From positions 2,571 to 66,570 of the forward strand of contig JAWKKE010000009.1 of the NCBI GenBank assembly GCA_041393415.1: DNA of 64,000 nt, read 5' to 3'. Positions 48,976-56,756 of this stretch are shown here, piece after piece. The notes beneath the pieces were generated by a model. That model saw only the letters and a program-made list of their open reading frames with translations. It was not told the origin of the DNA and ran no database searches. Positions within the stretch are counted from its first letter, which is position 1; every line of letters begins with the position of its first letter. The translations under genes were made by a program, and so were the position numbers. The DNA is from Thermoleophilia bacterium. Its GTDB lineage: Bacteria; Actinomycetota; Thermoleophilia; UBA2241.

Positions 48976-49015
48976 TTGACACTCCTCCTCAGGCTCGTAT
49001 ACTGAGCATATGCTC
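48976..49015 (+). promoter_or_regulatory. Near-consensus sigma-70 promoter TTGACA-16-TATACT abutting perfect palindrome GAGCATATGCTC
   Basis: TTGACA is at 48976-48981 and TATACT at 48998-49003. The palindrome is at 49004-49015. AAAGGAGG and ATG 49042 follow. Confidence 0.65.
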
Positions 49016-49041
49016 ATAATACAGACTGCAAAGGAGGATTC

Positions 49042-49401
49042 ATGCCTCATGGAGACAGCACTGGGCCCAGAGCCGCAGGACGCATGACAGGCCGCGGAGC
49101 AGGCTACTGTGGCGGCGGCAACGCGCCCGGCTACGAGAGTTCCCCCGGCGGCGGCCGGCGCGGCGGCGTTTCTCCCGAAGGAGTTTCGACGTGGCCGCGG
49201 CCACCGCAGTCGCTTCCTGGCCACCGGGCTGACCGGTTGGGAACGCGAGTCCGCGGCCCTGGTCCGCGTTCGATCGCTCCGCCGGCCACGCCGGACAGCT
49301 CTCACGAGCGCGATTGTCACCCTGCGAGCACACAAAACGAGCGTATCGAGCGGGCGCTCGGCGACATCCGTCAGCGCCTGGCGGACCTTGAGGCCAAGTG
49401 A
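49042..49401 (+). pseudogene. DUF5320-like gene with at least two internal frame changes
   Basis: The frame of ATG 49042 gives MPHGDSTGPRAAGRMTGRGAGYCGG, the family N-terminal motif, and the C-terminal coiled coil NERIERALGDIRQRLADLEAK. The central family motif FRRGRGHRSRFLATGLTGWER is encoded in the frame of ORF 49109..49486. Confidence 0.6.
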
Positions 49402-49900
49402 CGTACACCACAGCACCGTGGCTGACGGCGGCGGGAAGCCCAGCACAGCGACGCAGGACCTTCAGGTTCATCGGCGTCGCACCTGACCGGGATGCGCAGC
49501 ACCCCGGTGCAGCCCTTCTTTCGCCGCGGGCAACGCCGGACGTATCGAGATTCTGATGCGTTCGCCGATGGTCTCGACCGACGTCGACGGCTTCTCGCAC
49601 ATCCACGTCCTGTACTGGCTGCACAAGCGCCAAGCCCAGCAGCGCTGCACGCGTCGTCCCCTTCCTCGACACCGAGCCACACGGAATTCCGCGACGGTCG
49701 CCAAACCGGCCCAACGCCATCGGACTGAGCGTCCTACGCCCGTTGCGCGGCACGGGACCACGCTCGTCGTCGAAGACGTCGACATCCTGACGGCACGCCA
49801 GTGCTCGACATCAAGCCCTACTTCGCACGCCTGACGCCCGCCACGACGCGCGCAGCGGATGGGTCGACAATTGTCGACGAAGACGCACACCGTGGTCAGA
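49398..49900 (+). pseudogene. TsaA/YaeB-like gene fragmented by many frame changes
   Basis: Family motifs are spread over all three frames: FRFIGV, PVQP, DAFADGL, IEIL...DVDGFSHIHVLYWLHK, VVPFLDTEPHG, RRSPNRPNAIGLSVLR, TTLVVEDVDIL, LDIKPYF and RSGWVD. A possible GTG start at 49398 overlaps the preceding stop. The 3' end is approximate. Confidence 0.55.
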
Positions 49901-50063
49901 GCGCCTGGCAGGACACACGCCTGACGATCCAGACGTCACAGCGGTTCAGGCGCCCTGGCTGGCGCGCGTGGCGCGGCTCAGAGCGACACGCCGCACGCGA
50001 CGGGGCTCCCGCCACGTTTCTCCCACTCCGGGCCGCCGCTTGTACCGCGCCCACATTGGCGGC

Positions 50064-50075
50064 GAGCATATGCCC
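50064..50075. promoter_or_regulatory. Third copy of the cluster palindrome (GAGCATATGCCC)
   Basis: It lies 46 nt upstream of the GTG of the first MinD-type ATPase, whose RBS is AGAGAGGAGG. TTATAT follows it immediately. Confidence 0.4.
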
Positions 50076-50120
50076 CTTATATCGACCCCTACAGGCTTCA
50101 CGCAGAGAGGAGGTAGCGCA

Positions 50121-50987
50121 GTGCGCGTCGCACACAGCGGAAAGGGTGGCACCGGGAAGACGCTTCGGCGACGACCGCCGCTGACACTGCCGCGTGCAGG
50201 GACTGGCAGTCCAACTGCTCGACGCTGACGTCGAGGAGCCGAAACCGCCATCTCTCCTGCGCCCCAGGCCGACCGCACCGAGACGGTGCACGTCCCGATC
50301 CCTCATGGTCGACGAATCGCGCCGCAGCGGCTGCGGCGCTTGGTGCCGGCGTTTGCGCCTTTCGCGCACTTGCGGTCGTAGGGATCATCCGTGCTCGTGT
50401 TCCCCGAGATCTGTCACTCGTGTGGCGCCTGCGTGCGGTACTGCCCCGAACAGGCGCTGCATGAGGAGATGCCCCAATGGAGCCGTGTGGAGCATGCGAG
50501 CGCCAACGCCTGTGGCCGGCCGGTCTTCTCCAGTTGGTGACGGGCACGCTCGCGATCGGCGAGGCGAAAGCGGTACCTGTCACCAAGGCCGTCGTGGCGA
50601 CCGCCAGCGAAGACGCCGACGTGGTGACGCTCTCCTGGCACCTCGTGTCCGGCGATCGCAGCCGTGGCCGACGCCGACTTCGTCGTGCTCGTGACCGAGC
50701 CGACGCCGTTTGGGCCCACGATCTCGAACTGGCTGTAGAGATGGTCCGCGCGCCTGGGCTGTCGCGAAGCCGCTGTCAATCGCGTCGTGGCGGGCGACCA
50801 CAGGGTGCGGCAGCACTGTGCAGCCGAACGCCTCGAGATCGTCGCGGAGCTGTCGGACGACCGCCGCATCGAAGCCCATGCCCGCGGCCAACTCATGGTC
50901 GACGCCGTCCCCGCCCTGGAGCGGGAGCTGGCCACAGTTTGGGAGCGGATCGCGGCGGCGGCGGAACGCAAAGAGGTGCACGCATGA
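50121..50987 (+). pseudogene. MinD-superfamily P-loop ATPase with 2x[4Fe-4S] ferredoxin insert (COG1149-like), broken by at least nine frame changes
   Basis: Recognisable pieces, with frame given as coordinate mod 3:
- 50121-50162 (f0): VRVAHSGKGGTGKT
- 50203-50245 (f1): LAVQLLDADVEEP
- 50286-50303 (f0): VHVPIP
- 50305-50337 (f1): MVDESRRSGCGA
- about 50339-50383 (f2): GAGVCAFRALAVVG
- 50391-50468 (f0): VLVFPEICHSCGACVRYCPEQALHEE
- 50525-50635 (f2): LLQLVTGTLAIGEAKAVPVTKAV...DVVTLS
- 50631-50714 (f0): SPGTSCPAIAAVADADFVVLVTEPTPFG
- 50714-50761 (f2): AHDLELAVEMVRAPGL
- 50760-50987 (f0): C-terminus; its stop overlaps the next ATG. Confidence 0.65.
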
Positions 50988-51886
50988 GCGCCGTGCGCCA
51001 ACTCGTCGTCATCAGCGGAAAGGGAGGCACCGGGAAGACGAGCGTCGTGGGTGCGTTTGCGGCGCTGGCCGACGGAGCCGTCCTCGCCGACTGCGACGTC
51101 GACGCCGCCAACCTGCACCTCATCCTCGAGCCGCGATTGGGCGAGCCGCACGACTTCAGCGGCCGCAACCGCGCAATCATCGACCAGACTGCCTGCCGCG
51201 CCTGCGGTCGCTGTGCCGACATGTGCCGCTTCGACGCCGTCTCGGTGCGTGACGGGCAGTACGTCATCAACCCGCTGGCCTGCGAGGGCTGCGAATTCTG
51301 CCGCAGAGAGTGCCCCTGGAACGCCATACACATGGAGCCCGTGGTCAACGGCACCTGGATGGTCTCGGAGACGAGCTTCGGACCGCTGGTGCACGCGCGA
51401 CTCGGGATCGCGGAGGACAACTCCGGCAAGCTGGTGACACTGGTACGCCAGCAGGCGCAGGAGGTAGCCGAGCAGCGCGACCTCCCGCTTGTGATCGTCG
51501 ACGGCGCGCCCGGCATCGGCTGTCCGGTGATCGCGTCGCTCACCGGCGCCGACGTGGTACTCGCCGTCACCGAGCCCACCGTCTCCGGCCGTCACGACTT
51601 GGCACGCGTGCTCGAGGTCGTGCGGCGCTTCAAGCTGCCCTTCGGCGTCTGCGTCAACAAGGCAGACCTCAACCCGGAGATCAGCGAGCACATCGTCGCC
51701 GAGGCGGTGGAGCGCGGCGCACTGTTCGTGGCGCACGTCGGCTACGACGCTGCCGTTACACGGGCGCAGGTGGCCGGGCTCGACTTGGTGACCTACGGCG
51801 GCACCGCCGTGCAGGAGATCCGCATGCTCTGGGACTCGGTCGCCGCCGCACTGAACACCTCGCGGCGAAAGGCGGTCGACACGTGA
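50984..51886 (+). CDS. MinD-superfamily P-loop ATPase with 2x[4Fe-4S] ferredoxin insert (COG1149-like), intact
   Basis: Begins MSAVRQLVVISGKGGTGKTSV. Two CxxCxxCxxxC motifs are present (CRACGRCADMC, CEGCEFCRREC). Also contains DGAPGIGCPVIAS. The start overlaps the previous stop (ATGA). Confidence 0.85.
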   Translation: MSAVRQLVVISGKGGTGKTSVVGAFAALADGAVLADCDVDAANLHLILEPRLGEPHDFSGRNRAIIDQTACRACGRCADMCRFDAVSVRDGQYVINPLACEGCEFCRRECPWNAIHMEPVVNGTWMVSETSFGPLVHARLGIAEDNSGKLVTLVRQQAQEVAEQRDLPLVIVDGAPGIGCPVIASLTGADVVLAVTEPTVSGRHDLARVLEVVRRFKLPFGVCVNKADLNPEISEHIVAEAVERGALFVAHVGYDAAVTRAQVAGLDLVTYGGTAVQEIRMLWDSVAAALNTSRRKAVDT

Positions 51887-51994
51887 CGCCGCAGAACACG
51901 CACGACGAGGCTTGCCTCGCAGCTTGCCTCGCACCGTGCTGCACGAGGACACCGCGTTCTTGGCGGCGTCCGCAACAAGAGAGGAGCCATCATA

Positions 51995-52360
51995 GTGAAG
52001 ATCATCATCAGCGCTCAGGGAAACGATATCGACTCCCTGACTGATCCCAGATTCGGACGCTGTCGCTACCTCATCGCCGTCGAGACGACCAGCGGCGAGT
52101 GGCACGCGCACGACAACCAAGACAACGCGGCCGCGAGCGGTGGCGCCGGAGTGGAAGCCAGCAATCGCGTCGTATCGCTGGGCGCGGCGGCTGTGATTAC
52201 CGGGAATCTCGGTCCGAATGCGGCACGCGTACTGGACGCGGCGCACATCGCCGTCTATCGCGCCGAGAACGGCGCCACGGTGCGCGAGGCTGTGGCCGCG
52301 TTTGCCGCCGACGGCCTGGAGAGAATCGACGCGCCCACCGTCCAGGGACACTGGATGTGA
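51995..52360 (+). CDS. NifX/NifB-C-terminal-like (dinitrogenase FeMo-cofactor-binding domain family) protein
   Basis: GTG 51995 lies 8 nt after GAGAGGAG. Begins MKIIISAQGNDIDSLTDPRFGRCRYLIAV, with ITGNLGPNAARVL later. This is typical of the small NifX-like family. Confidence 0.75.
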   Translation: MKIIISAQGNDIDSLTDPRFGRCRYLIAVETTSGEWHAHDNQDNAAASGGAGVEASNRVVSLGAAAVITGNLGPNAARVLDAAHIAVYRAENGATVREAVAAFAADGLERIDAPTVQGHWM

Positions 52361-52791
52361 TGGCCATGATCGCGAACAGACAAGGCGGCGGCCGCGGTCA
52401 GTACCAGCGCCAGAGACGCAGAGACGGCTCGGGACCCAACTGCGGCGGCCGCGGCGCGCGGCGTTGCGGCGGAAGCCGGCAGGAACAGGCCGGAGCTCCG
52501 CGCGCGGCCACGAGTACCCTCATTGCCGCAGGTACCTACCTCATCCACGACGTGCGCGACGCCGACGGTCTGGTGCGGCCGCTGCTGCGCCGGGCCGCAC
52601 TCTCCCTCGTCACCTGCCCCTACTACTCGGCGCGGCGCCTCGCCGGCGCGTACTTGCGACTCGATCCACCGCCGCCGGCGCCGCTGCCGCCGGCGACAGT
52701 AGAGTCACACCGGCTGTCGGCAGCTCACGATGCCCCCGCGCTGCCGACGCGCGTCGCGGGCGCCGAGCCCAACGACGCGCTGCTACAATGA
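52360..52791 (+). CDS. Hypothetical Arg/Gly-rich protein (distant DUF5320-like N-terminal motif RRDGSGPNCGGRGARRCGG)
   Basis: ATG 52360 overlaps the preceding TGA by one base. The frame is open in GC-rich DNA, so coding status is uncertain. The promoter of the next gene lies in its 3' end. Confidence 0.3.
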   Translation: MAMIANRQGGGRGQYQRQRRRDGSGPNCGGRGARRCGGSRQEQAGAPRAATSTLIAAGTYLIHDVRDADGLVRPLLRRAALSLVTCPYYSARRLAGAYLRLDPPPPAPLPPATVESHRLSAAHDAPALPTRVAGAEPNDALLQ

Positions 52792-52808
52792 TGATTGAGC
52801 ATATGCCA
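52781..52808 (+). promoter_or_regulatory. Extended -10 (TGcTACAAT) followed by palindrome-like GAGCATATGCCA upstream of the DUF134 gene
   Basis: TGCTACAAT is at 52781-52789 and the motif at 52797-52808. AAGGAG and ATG 52828 follow. Confidence 0.55.
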
Positions 52809-52827
52809 ACAAGGAGATAATCCCCGC

Positions 52828-53334
52828 ATGCCTCGCCCACCCATCGCACGTACCGTCGGCGGAGTCCCCAGACACACGCTCTTCAAGCCCGCGGGCATCC
52901 CGGCCCGTGAGCTCGAACACTTGGCGCTGGCAGTCGACGAGCTGGAGGCGATCCGTCTCGTCGACTTCGAAGGCCTCAGCCATGAGCAGGCGGCCGTCGC
53001 CATGGGCGTCTCCCGCCAGACGATCGGCCGCGTCCTCGAGCACGGGCGCGCTCAGGTGGCCGAGGCACTCGTGACGGGCAAGGCAATCCTCATCGGCGGC
53101 GGTCAATATCGAGTCGAGGCGCGGGTGCTCTGTTGCGCCTCGTGCGGAGCCGCGTGGACAGAGGCGCCCGACGGGCCGCCGCCGGACGCCTGCCCAGATT
53201 GCGGCGCGCCGACGGTCAGCACCTGCTGGCATGAGGGACGGCACGAAGGACGGCGCGGCAACACATGGCGCGGCGGACGCTGCCGGGGCCGCGCCACCAC
53301 CTACGCAGACGCGAATAACCAGAGAACGGAGTGA
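52828..53334 (+). CDS. DUF134 (UPF0251) predicted DNA-binding protein with C-terminal zinc-ribbon extension
   Basis: Begins MPRPPIARTVGGVPRHTLFKPAGIP. DELEAIRLVDFEGLSHEQAAVAMGVSRQTIGRVL is a sigma-70 region-4-like HTH. The C-terminal part carries CCASCG...CPDCG. Confidence 0.8.
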   Translation: MPRPPIARTVGGVPRHTLFKPAGIPARELEHLALAVDELEAIRLVDFEGLSHEQAAVAMGVSRQTIGRVLEHGRAQVAEALVTGKAILIGGGQYRVEARVLCCASCGAAWTEAPDGPPPDACPDCGAPTVSTCWHEGRHEGRRGNTWRGGRCRGRATTYADANNQRTE

Positions 53335-53342
53335 CTTCACAC

Positions 53343-53726
53343 ATGAGCGAAACGAACGCATCCAAGAAACGCGTGGCAGTCCCGTCGGAAGCGCCTGGCG
53401 GTCTCGACGCGAGAAGGTCGGGCCACTTCGGACGTTGCGACTGTTTCACGGTCGTCGAGGTCGAGAACGGCAACCTGGGAGCTGTGGAAGTGGTCGTCAA
53501 TCCACCGCATCATGAGGGTGGGTGCATGCGTCCGGTGGTGCTCCTGGCCGAGAACACCGTCGACGCAATCGTCGTGGACGGAATCGGCGGTCGGCCTCTG
53601 CTAGGCTTCAATCAGGTCGGCATCGCCGTGCACGCAGGCACCGGCACAGACGTACAGACCGCGGTGAGAGCGTATGCGCAGGGATCGCTGCCCGAGGTCG
53701 GACTCGAGGGTGCGTGTCGCCACTAG
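53343..53726 (+). CDS. NifX/NifB-C-terminal-like domain protein (second copy)
   Basis: Contains KRVAVPSEAPGGLDARRSGHFGRCDCFTVVEV and VDAIVVDGIGGRPLLGF. ATG 53343 is preferred; the track start is GTG 53331. Confidence 0.7.
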   Translation: MSETNASKKRVAVPSEAPGGLDARRSGHFGRCDCFTVVEVENGNLGAVEVVVNPPHHEGGCMRPVVLLAENTVDAIVVDGIGGRPLLGFNQVGIAVHAGTGTDVQTAVRAYAQGSLPEVGLEGACRH

Positions 53727-53789
53727 GCAGATCGGGCAAACCGGCAGCGACAGCGTGACCACGAAAACCGCAGCAGGCAAGGAGTCAAC

Positions 53790-54695
53790 ATGACATCCGT
53801 CGAGACGATCCAGAGGGAGCGCGGCATCATCGGTCGCAATCGCGAGCTGCGGCGCGCGTTGGCTGTACTCAACTCCGGACGCCATCTCCTTCTCGAGGGG
53901 CCGGTCGGTGTCGGCAAGACTCGTGTCGCGCTCGCCGTCTGCGCCCACCTGCAACGCGGCGTCGAGCGCGTAGACGGCGACGACCGGTACTCGGAGAGCA
54001 AGCTCACGGGCTGGTTCGACCCGCCCGTGGTCCTCAAGCAGGGATACAGCGAGGAGTCGTTCTTCGCCGGCCCGCTGGTCAACGCCATGCGCCAAGGCAA
54101 GATCCTCTTCATCAACGAGCTCAACCGCATGCCGGAGACAGTCCAGAACGTGCTCCTGCCGGCACTGGACGAGCACATCCTGCAAGTGCCGCACATCGGC
54201 GAAGTACGCGCCGCCCCCGGATTCCAGGTTGTTGCCACCCAGAACCCCGTAGAGTACATCGCCACCGGTCACCTCTCGGAGGCCCTGCGCGACCGCTTCG
54301 AGCACCTGCGCCTCGACTACCAGTCGGCCACTGAAGAGGAAGCGATCGTGTGCGCCGAGACGGACTGCGACAACCTCGACCTCATCCGCACCGCCGTGCG
54401 CCTGGCGCGGGCAACGCGCCGCCATCCGCTCTTCCGCCGCGGCGCCTCGGTGCGCGCGCCCATGGCCACCGTGATGGTTGCCGAGGAGCTGCGCAAGGCC
54501 GACGGTCGCCCGGCCGGCCAGATCGATCGGGCGACTCTCTGGTGCGCCGCCGAGGCCGGCTTCACCACCCGCGTGCACATGCGCGACGAGAGCAACATGG
54601 ACTTCGCGACCGCGTTCGGCGAGGTCTTCGAGCTCGTCGTCGACCGCGGGCTCGACCCCGACGAGGCACTTACCCCGCCTGCCCCAAAAGCCTGA
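53790..54695 (+). CDS. MoxR-like AAA+ ATPase
   Basis: AAGGAG lies before ATG 53790. Walker A is LLEGPVGVGKT and Walker B is ILFINELNR. Also contains VVATQNP. Confidence 0.8.
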   Translation: MTSVETIQRERGIIGRNRELRRALAVLNSGRHLLLEGPVGVGKTRVALAVCAHLQRGVERVDGDDRYSESKLTGWFDPPVVLKQGYSEESFFAGPLVNAMRQGKILFINELNRMPETVQNVLLPALDEHILQVPHIGEVRAAPGFQVVATQNPVEYIATGHLSEALRDRFEHLRLDYQSATEEEAIVCAETDCDNLDLIRTAVRLARATRRHPLFRRGASVRAPMATVMVAEELRKADGRPAGQIDRATLWCAAEAGFTTRVHMRDESNMDFATAFGEVFELVVDRGLDPDEALTPPAPKA

Positions 54696-54772
54696 GCGCC
54701 CTGCGGGCGCTCGAGGAGACCTATCGCGATCTGGCGGCGCTGCCGCTCGAGCCAGATCTGCTGCACGAAGAG

Positions 54773-55573
54773 ATGGACGACGACGAGTTCCTCGCCTTCA
54801 TCGCCCGGCACACCGAGGGCAGCGAGGGCGTCGTCGACGCAGCGCCGCACTTCTACGCCGTGCGGCCGCGCGTAGAAGACGTGCTCGCGCAGGCGGCGAG
54901 CATCGTCGGCCCGTTGCGCGCGGCCACTACCACCGTGCGCGAGATCATGCGCGAGCCGTACATCGGCGAGCTCGACATCGACGCGACGCTCGAGAACATG
55001 GTCGGCAAGGAGTTCCCGGAGCGAGACGACTGGATCGTCCAGATCCGCGAGGAGCGTCGCCATCAGGTCGTCATGATGATGGATGCCTCGCTCTCCATGG
55101 CCGGCGAGAACCTCTCCGTAGCCGCGGTCGCGGTCGCCATCATGGCCTTCAAGATCAAACCTGAGGATCTCGCGGTGGTCGTCTTCGAGGACGAAGCGCG
55201 CGTCGTCACCCGCCTCGACGCAACCGACTCGCCGCAAGACGTGATCCGCAGCATGCTCGATCAGCCGGGGTTGGGCGTCACCGACATCGAAGCGGCGCTG
55301 CTCAAGGGGGCCAGAGAGATCACGCGGGCGCGAAACCCGCGCCGTAGCGGCCTACTGGTGACCGACGGCCGGCCCACAAAGGGGGCCGCCGATCCCTCCG
55401 ACATCGCGTACCTCTTCCCTCACCTGCACGTCCTGCTCACCGAGGACAAATACATGGACGAGGAGCTCTGCCAGTCAATCGCCGCCGCCGGCAACGGTGA
55501 GGTGTTCCCGGTGCGTACGATTCAGGAACTGCCGCAGCGCATGCTCGACGTGGCCAACGGCGTGCTGCGATAG
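54773..55573 (+). CDS. von Willebrand factor A domain protein (partner of the MoxR ATPase)
   Basis: The MIDAS motif is VVMMMDASLSMAG. ATG 54773 is the first canonical start in the frame of ORF 54350..55573. The frame stays open and protein-like for about 75 nt upstream without ATG/GTG/TTG, so the true start is uncertain. Confidence 0.7.
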   Translation: MDDDEFLAFIARHTEGSEGVVDAAPHFYAVRPRVEDVLAQAASIVGPLRAATTTVREIMREPYIGELDIDATLENMVGKEFPERDDWIVQIREERRHQVVMMMDASLSMAGENLSVAAVAVAIMAFKIKPEDLAVVVFEDEARVVTRLDATDSPQDVIRSMLDQPGLGVTDIEAALLKGAREITRARNPRRSGLLVTDGRPTKGAADPSDIAYLFPHLHVLLTEDKYMDEELCQSIAAAGNGEVFPVRTIQELPQRMLDVANGVLR

Positions 55574-55585
55574 ATCAGGAGCAGA

Positions 55586-55624
55586 GGAGCGGGCGCCGGT
55601 TCAATGCGAGGCGGCGCCCGCTCC
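55586..55624. terminator. Hairpin at the junction of convergent genes
   Basis: GGAGCGGGCGCC (55586-55597) pairs perfectly with GGCGCCCGCTCC (55613-55624). It overlaps the last codons of the minus-strand gene. Confidence 0.45.
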
Positions 55625-56695
55625 GCGTTTGAAGCTGAAGCCGAAGCCAGGTGCCTGCGTGAGCGGCTCCAGCGGGCTCCGCGGCACGCCTGCATGCGCC
55701 TCGCCGTGGTAGTCGATGGGCGCAACATCGTTAGGCCCATAGGGATACAGCAGGCTGGCGAGCGCCTGGATCTGCGCCCTTCCCACGCCGAGCTCGAACT
55801 GGCCACCGCCGTAGAGCACGATGCCTTCGGCGAGGGCGCGATCGACGCAGTCGAGGAGCGCCGAGAGCGAGCCGAAGCGTGACGGCTTGATGTTGAGAAA
55901 GCGCGGATGTTCGGGCAACGCCTCCACATCCGCCCAGGAGTGGATGGGCGCGTCGAAACTGAAGCGCGCCTCTTCCCCGTCAAGCGCCGCGCGCGCCGGC
56001 CCCTCAAGGGCCGGATCCTCGAGAATGGCGTCGGGGAAGGCCGCCGCCACCGCCCGGTACTGCGCCGCATCCGGCGGATTGTCGACCGGCGAGCCGTGAT
56101 AGAAGGCCTTGAAATCGAGCACCCGCACTCTGCCCGTCGCAGCCACGCGCGCGATGGTCCCTCCATCCCATTCGGGCGTGGGATCGAGCTTGAACTCGAG
56201 CTCCGGGTTCACCGCCAGCCAAGGCATGACGTCGAGCCGCGTGGAGACGGCAAAGCGAACGGGATGGTAGTCGTGGTCAAGCGCCGCGCCAAACGACTTG
56301 CCCTGCTGCCGCAGGGCAAGGTCCAGCGCGGCGCTCTCGAACGCCCAGCGCCGGTAGTTGCGATACGTGTCCGACTCCGGTGGCCTGTCGGGGAACAGGT
56401 CCAGGCCGCCGATCAACTGTGAGAAGCCGTCGAGCGTCGTCTGGCCGCGCAACGGCAGCGCCAGCGGATAGGGATCGTGATCCGCGGCCGCGTAGGTCAC
56501 GTCTTCGCCGCGGCCCTCGTGCCCGCTACCGCGCAGCACGACAACCGTCGTCACGCGGCGAAAACCGCTCGAGACGTCGCGCTCCAGCCGCTCGCAGCCG
56601 TAGTCCTCTACCGTCAGAGGCAAGCCCGCGATGCGCGCGTATGGACCCTCGTCTACCCGCACTTGACCGATGTGAGTGTTGTCGCGCGCGTCCAC
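55601..56695 (-). CDS. Enolase-superfamily-like (MR/MLE C-terminal domain-like) protein
   Basis: Preferred start is GTG 56695, after GAGAGGACGGAGG. The pattern FLNIKPSRFGSLSALLDCVDRALAEGIVLYGGGQFELGVGRAQIQALASL resembles the barrel C-terminal half of OSBS/racemase-like enzymes. The assignment is tentative. Confidence 0.45.
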   Translation of the reverse strand: MDARDNTHIGQVRVDEGPYARIAGLPLTVEDYGCERLERDVSSGFRRVTTVVVLRGSGHEGRGEDVTYAAADHDPYPLALPLRGQTTLDGFSQLIGGLDLFPDRPPESDTYRNYRRWAFESAALDLALRQQGKSFGAALDHDYHPVRFAVSTRLDVMPWLAVNPELEFKLDPTPEWDGGTIARVAATGRVRVLDFKAFYHGSPVDNPPDAAQYRAVAAAFPDAILEDPALEGPARAALDGEEARFSFDAPIHSWADVEALPEHPRFLNIKPSRFGSLSALLDCVDRALAEGIVLYGGGQFELGVGRAQIQALASLLYPYGPNDVAPIDYHGEAHAGVPRSPLEPLTQAPGFGFSFKRGAGAASH

Positions 56696-56756
56696 GCCTC
56701 CGTCCTCTCTGACCTCGCGTCGCCCTGCGCCTTCGCCCGTGCCCACGCCCCAAACC

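Noticed and set aside
51883-52044. Cys-rich 53-codon ORF (VTPQNTHDEACLAACLAPCC...) starting with a GTG that overlaps the ATPase stop.
   Set aside because: It overlaps the NifX-like gene and its RBS by 50 nt. Its Cys pattern comes from a 12-bp tandem duplication (gcttgcctcgca x2). Open frames of this size are expected by chance in GC-rich DNA.
51995-53726. Nitrogen-fixation (nif) cluster, because of the two NifX-like genes.
   Set aside because: No nifH, nifD, nifK, nifE, nifN or radical-SAM nifB is present in the window. Small NifX-like proteins also occur in non-diazotrophs.
54696-54772. Open, protein-like frame (LSALRALEETYRDLAALPLEPDLLHEE) upstream of the VWA ATG, suggesting a non-canonical start or a MoxR-VWA fusion.
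   Set aside because: There is no ATG/GTG/TTG in that stretch, and the MoxR gene ends in a different frame. With only 25 codons I cannot tell this apart from chance, so I kept ATG 54773.
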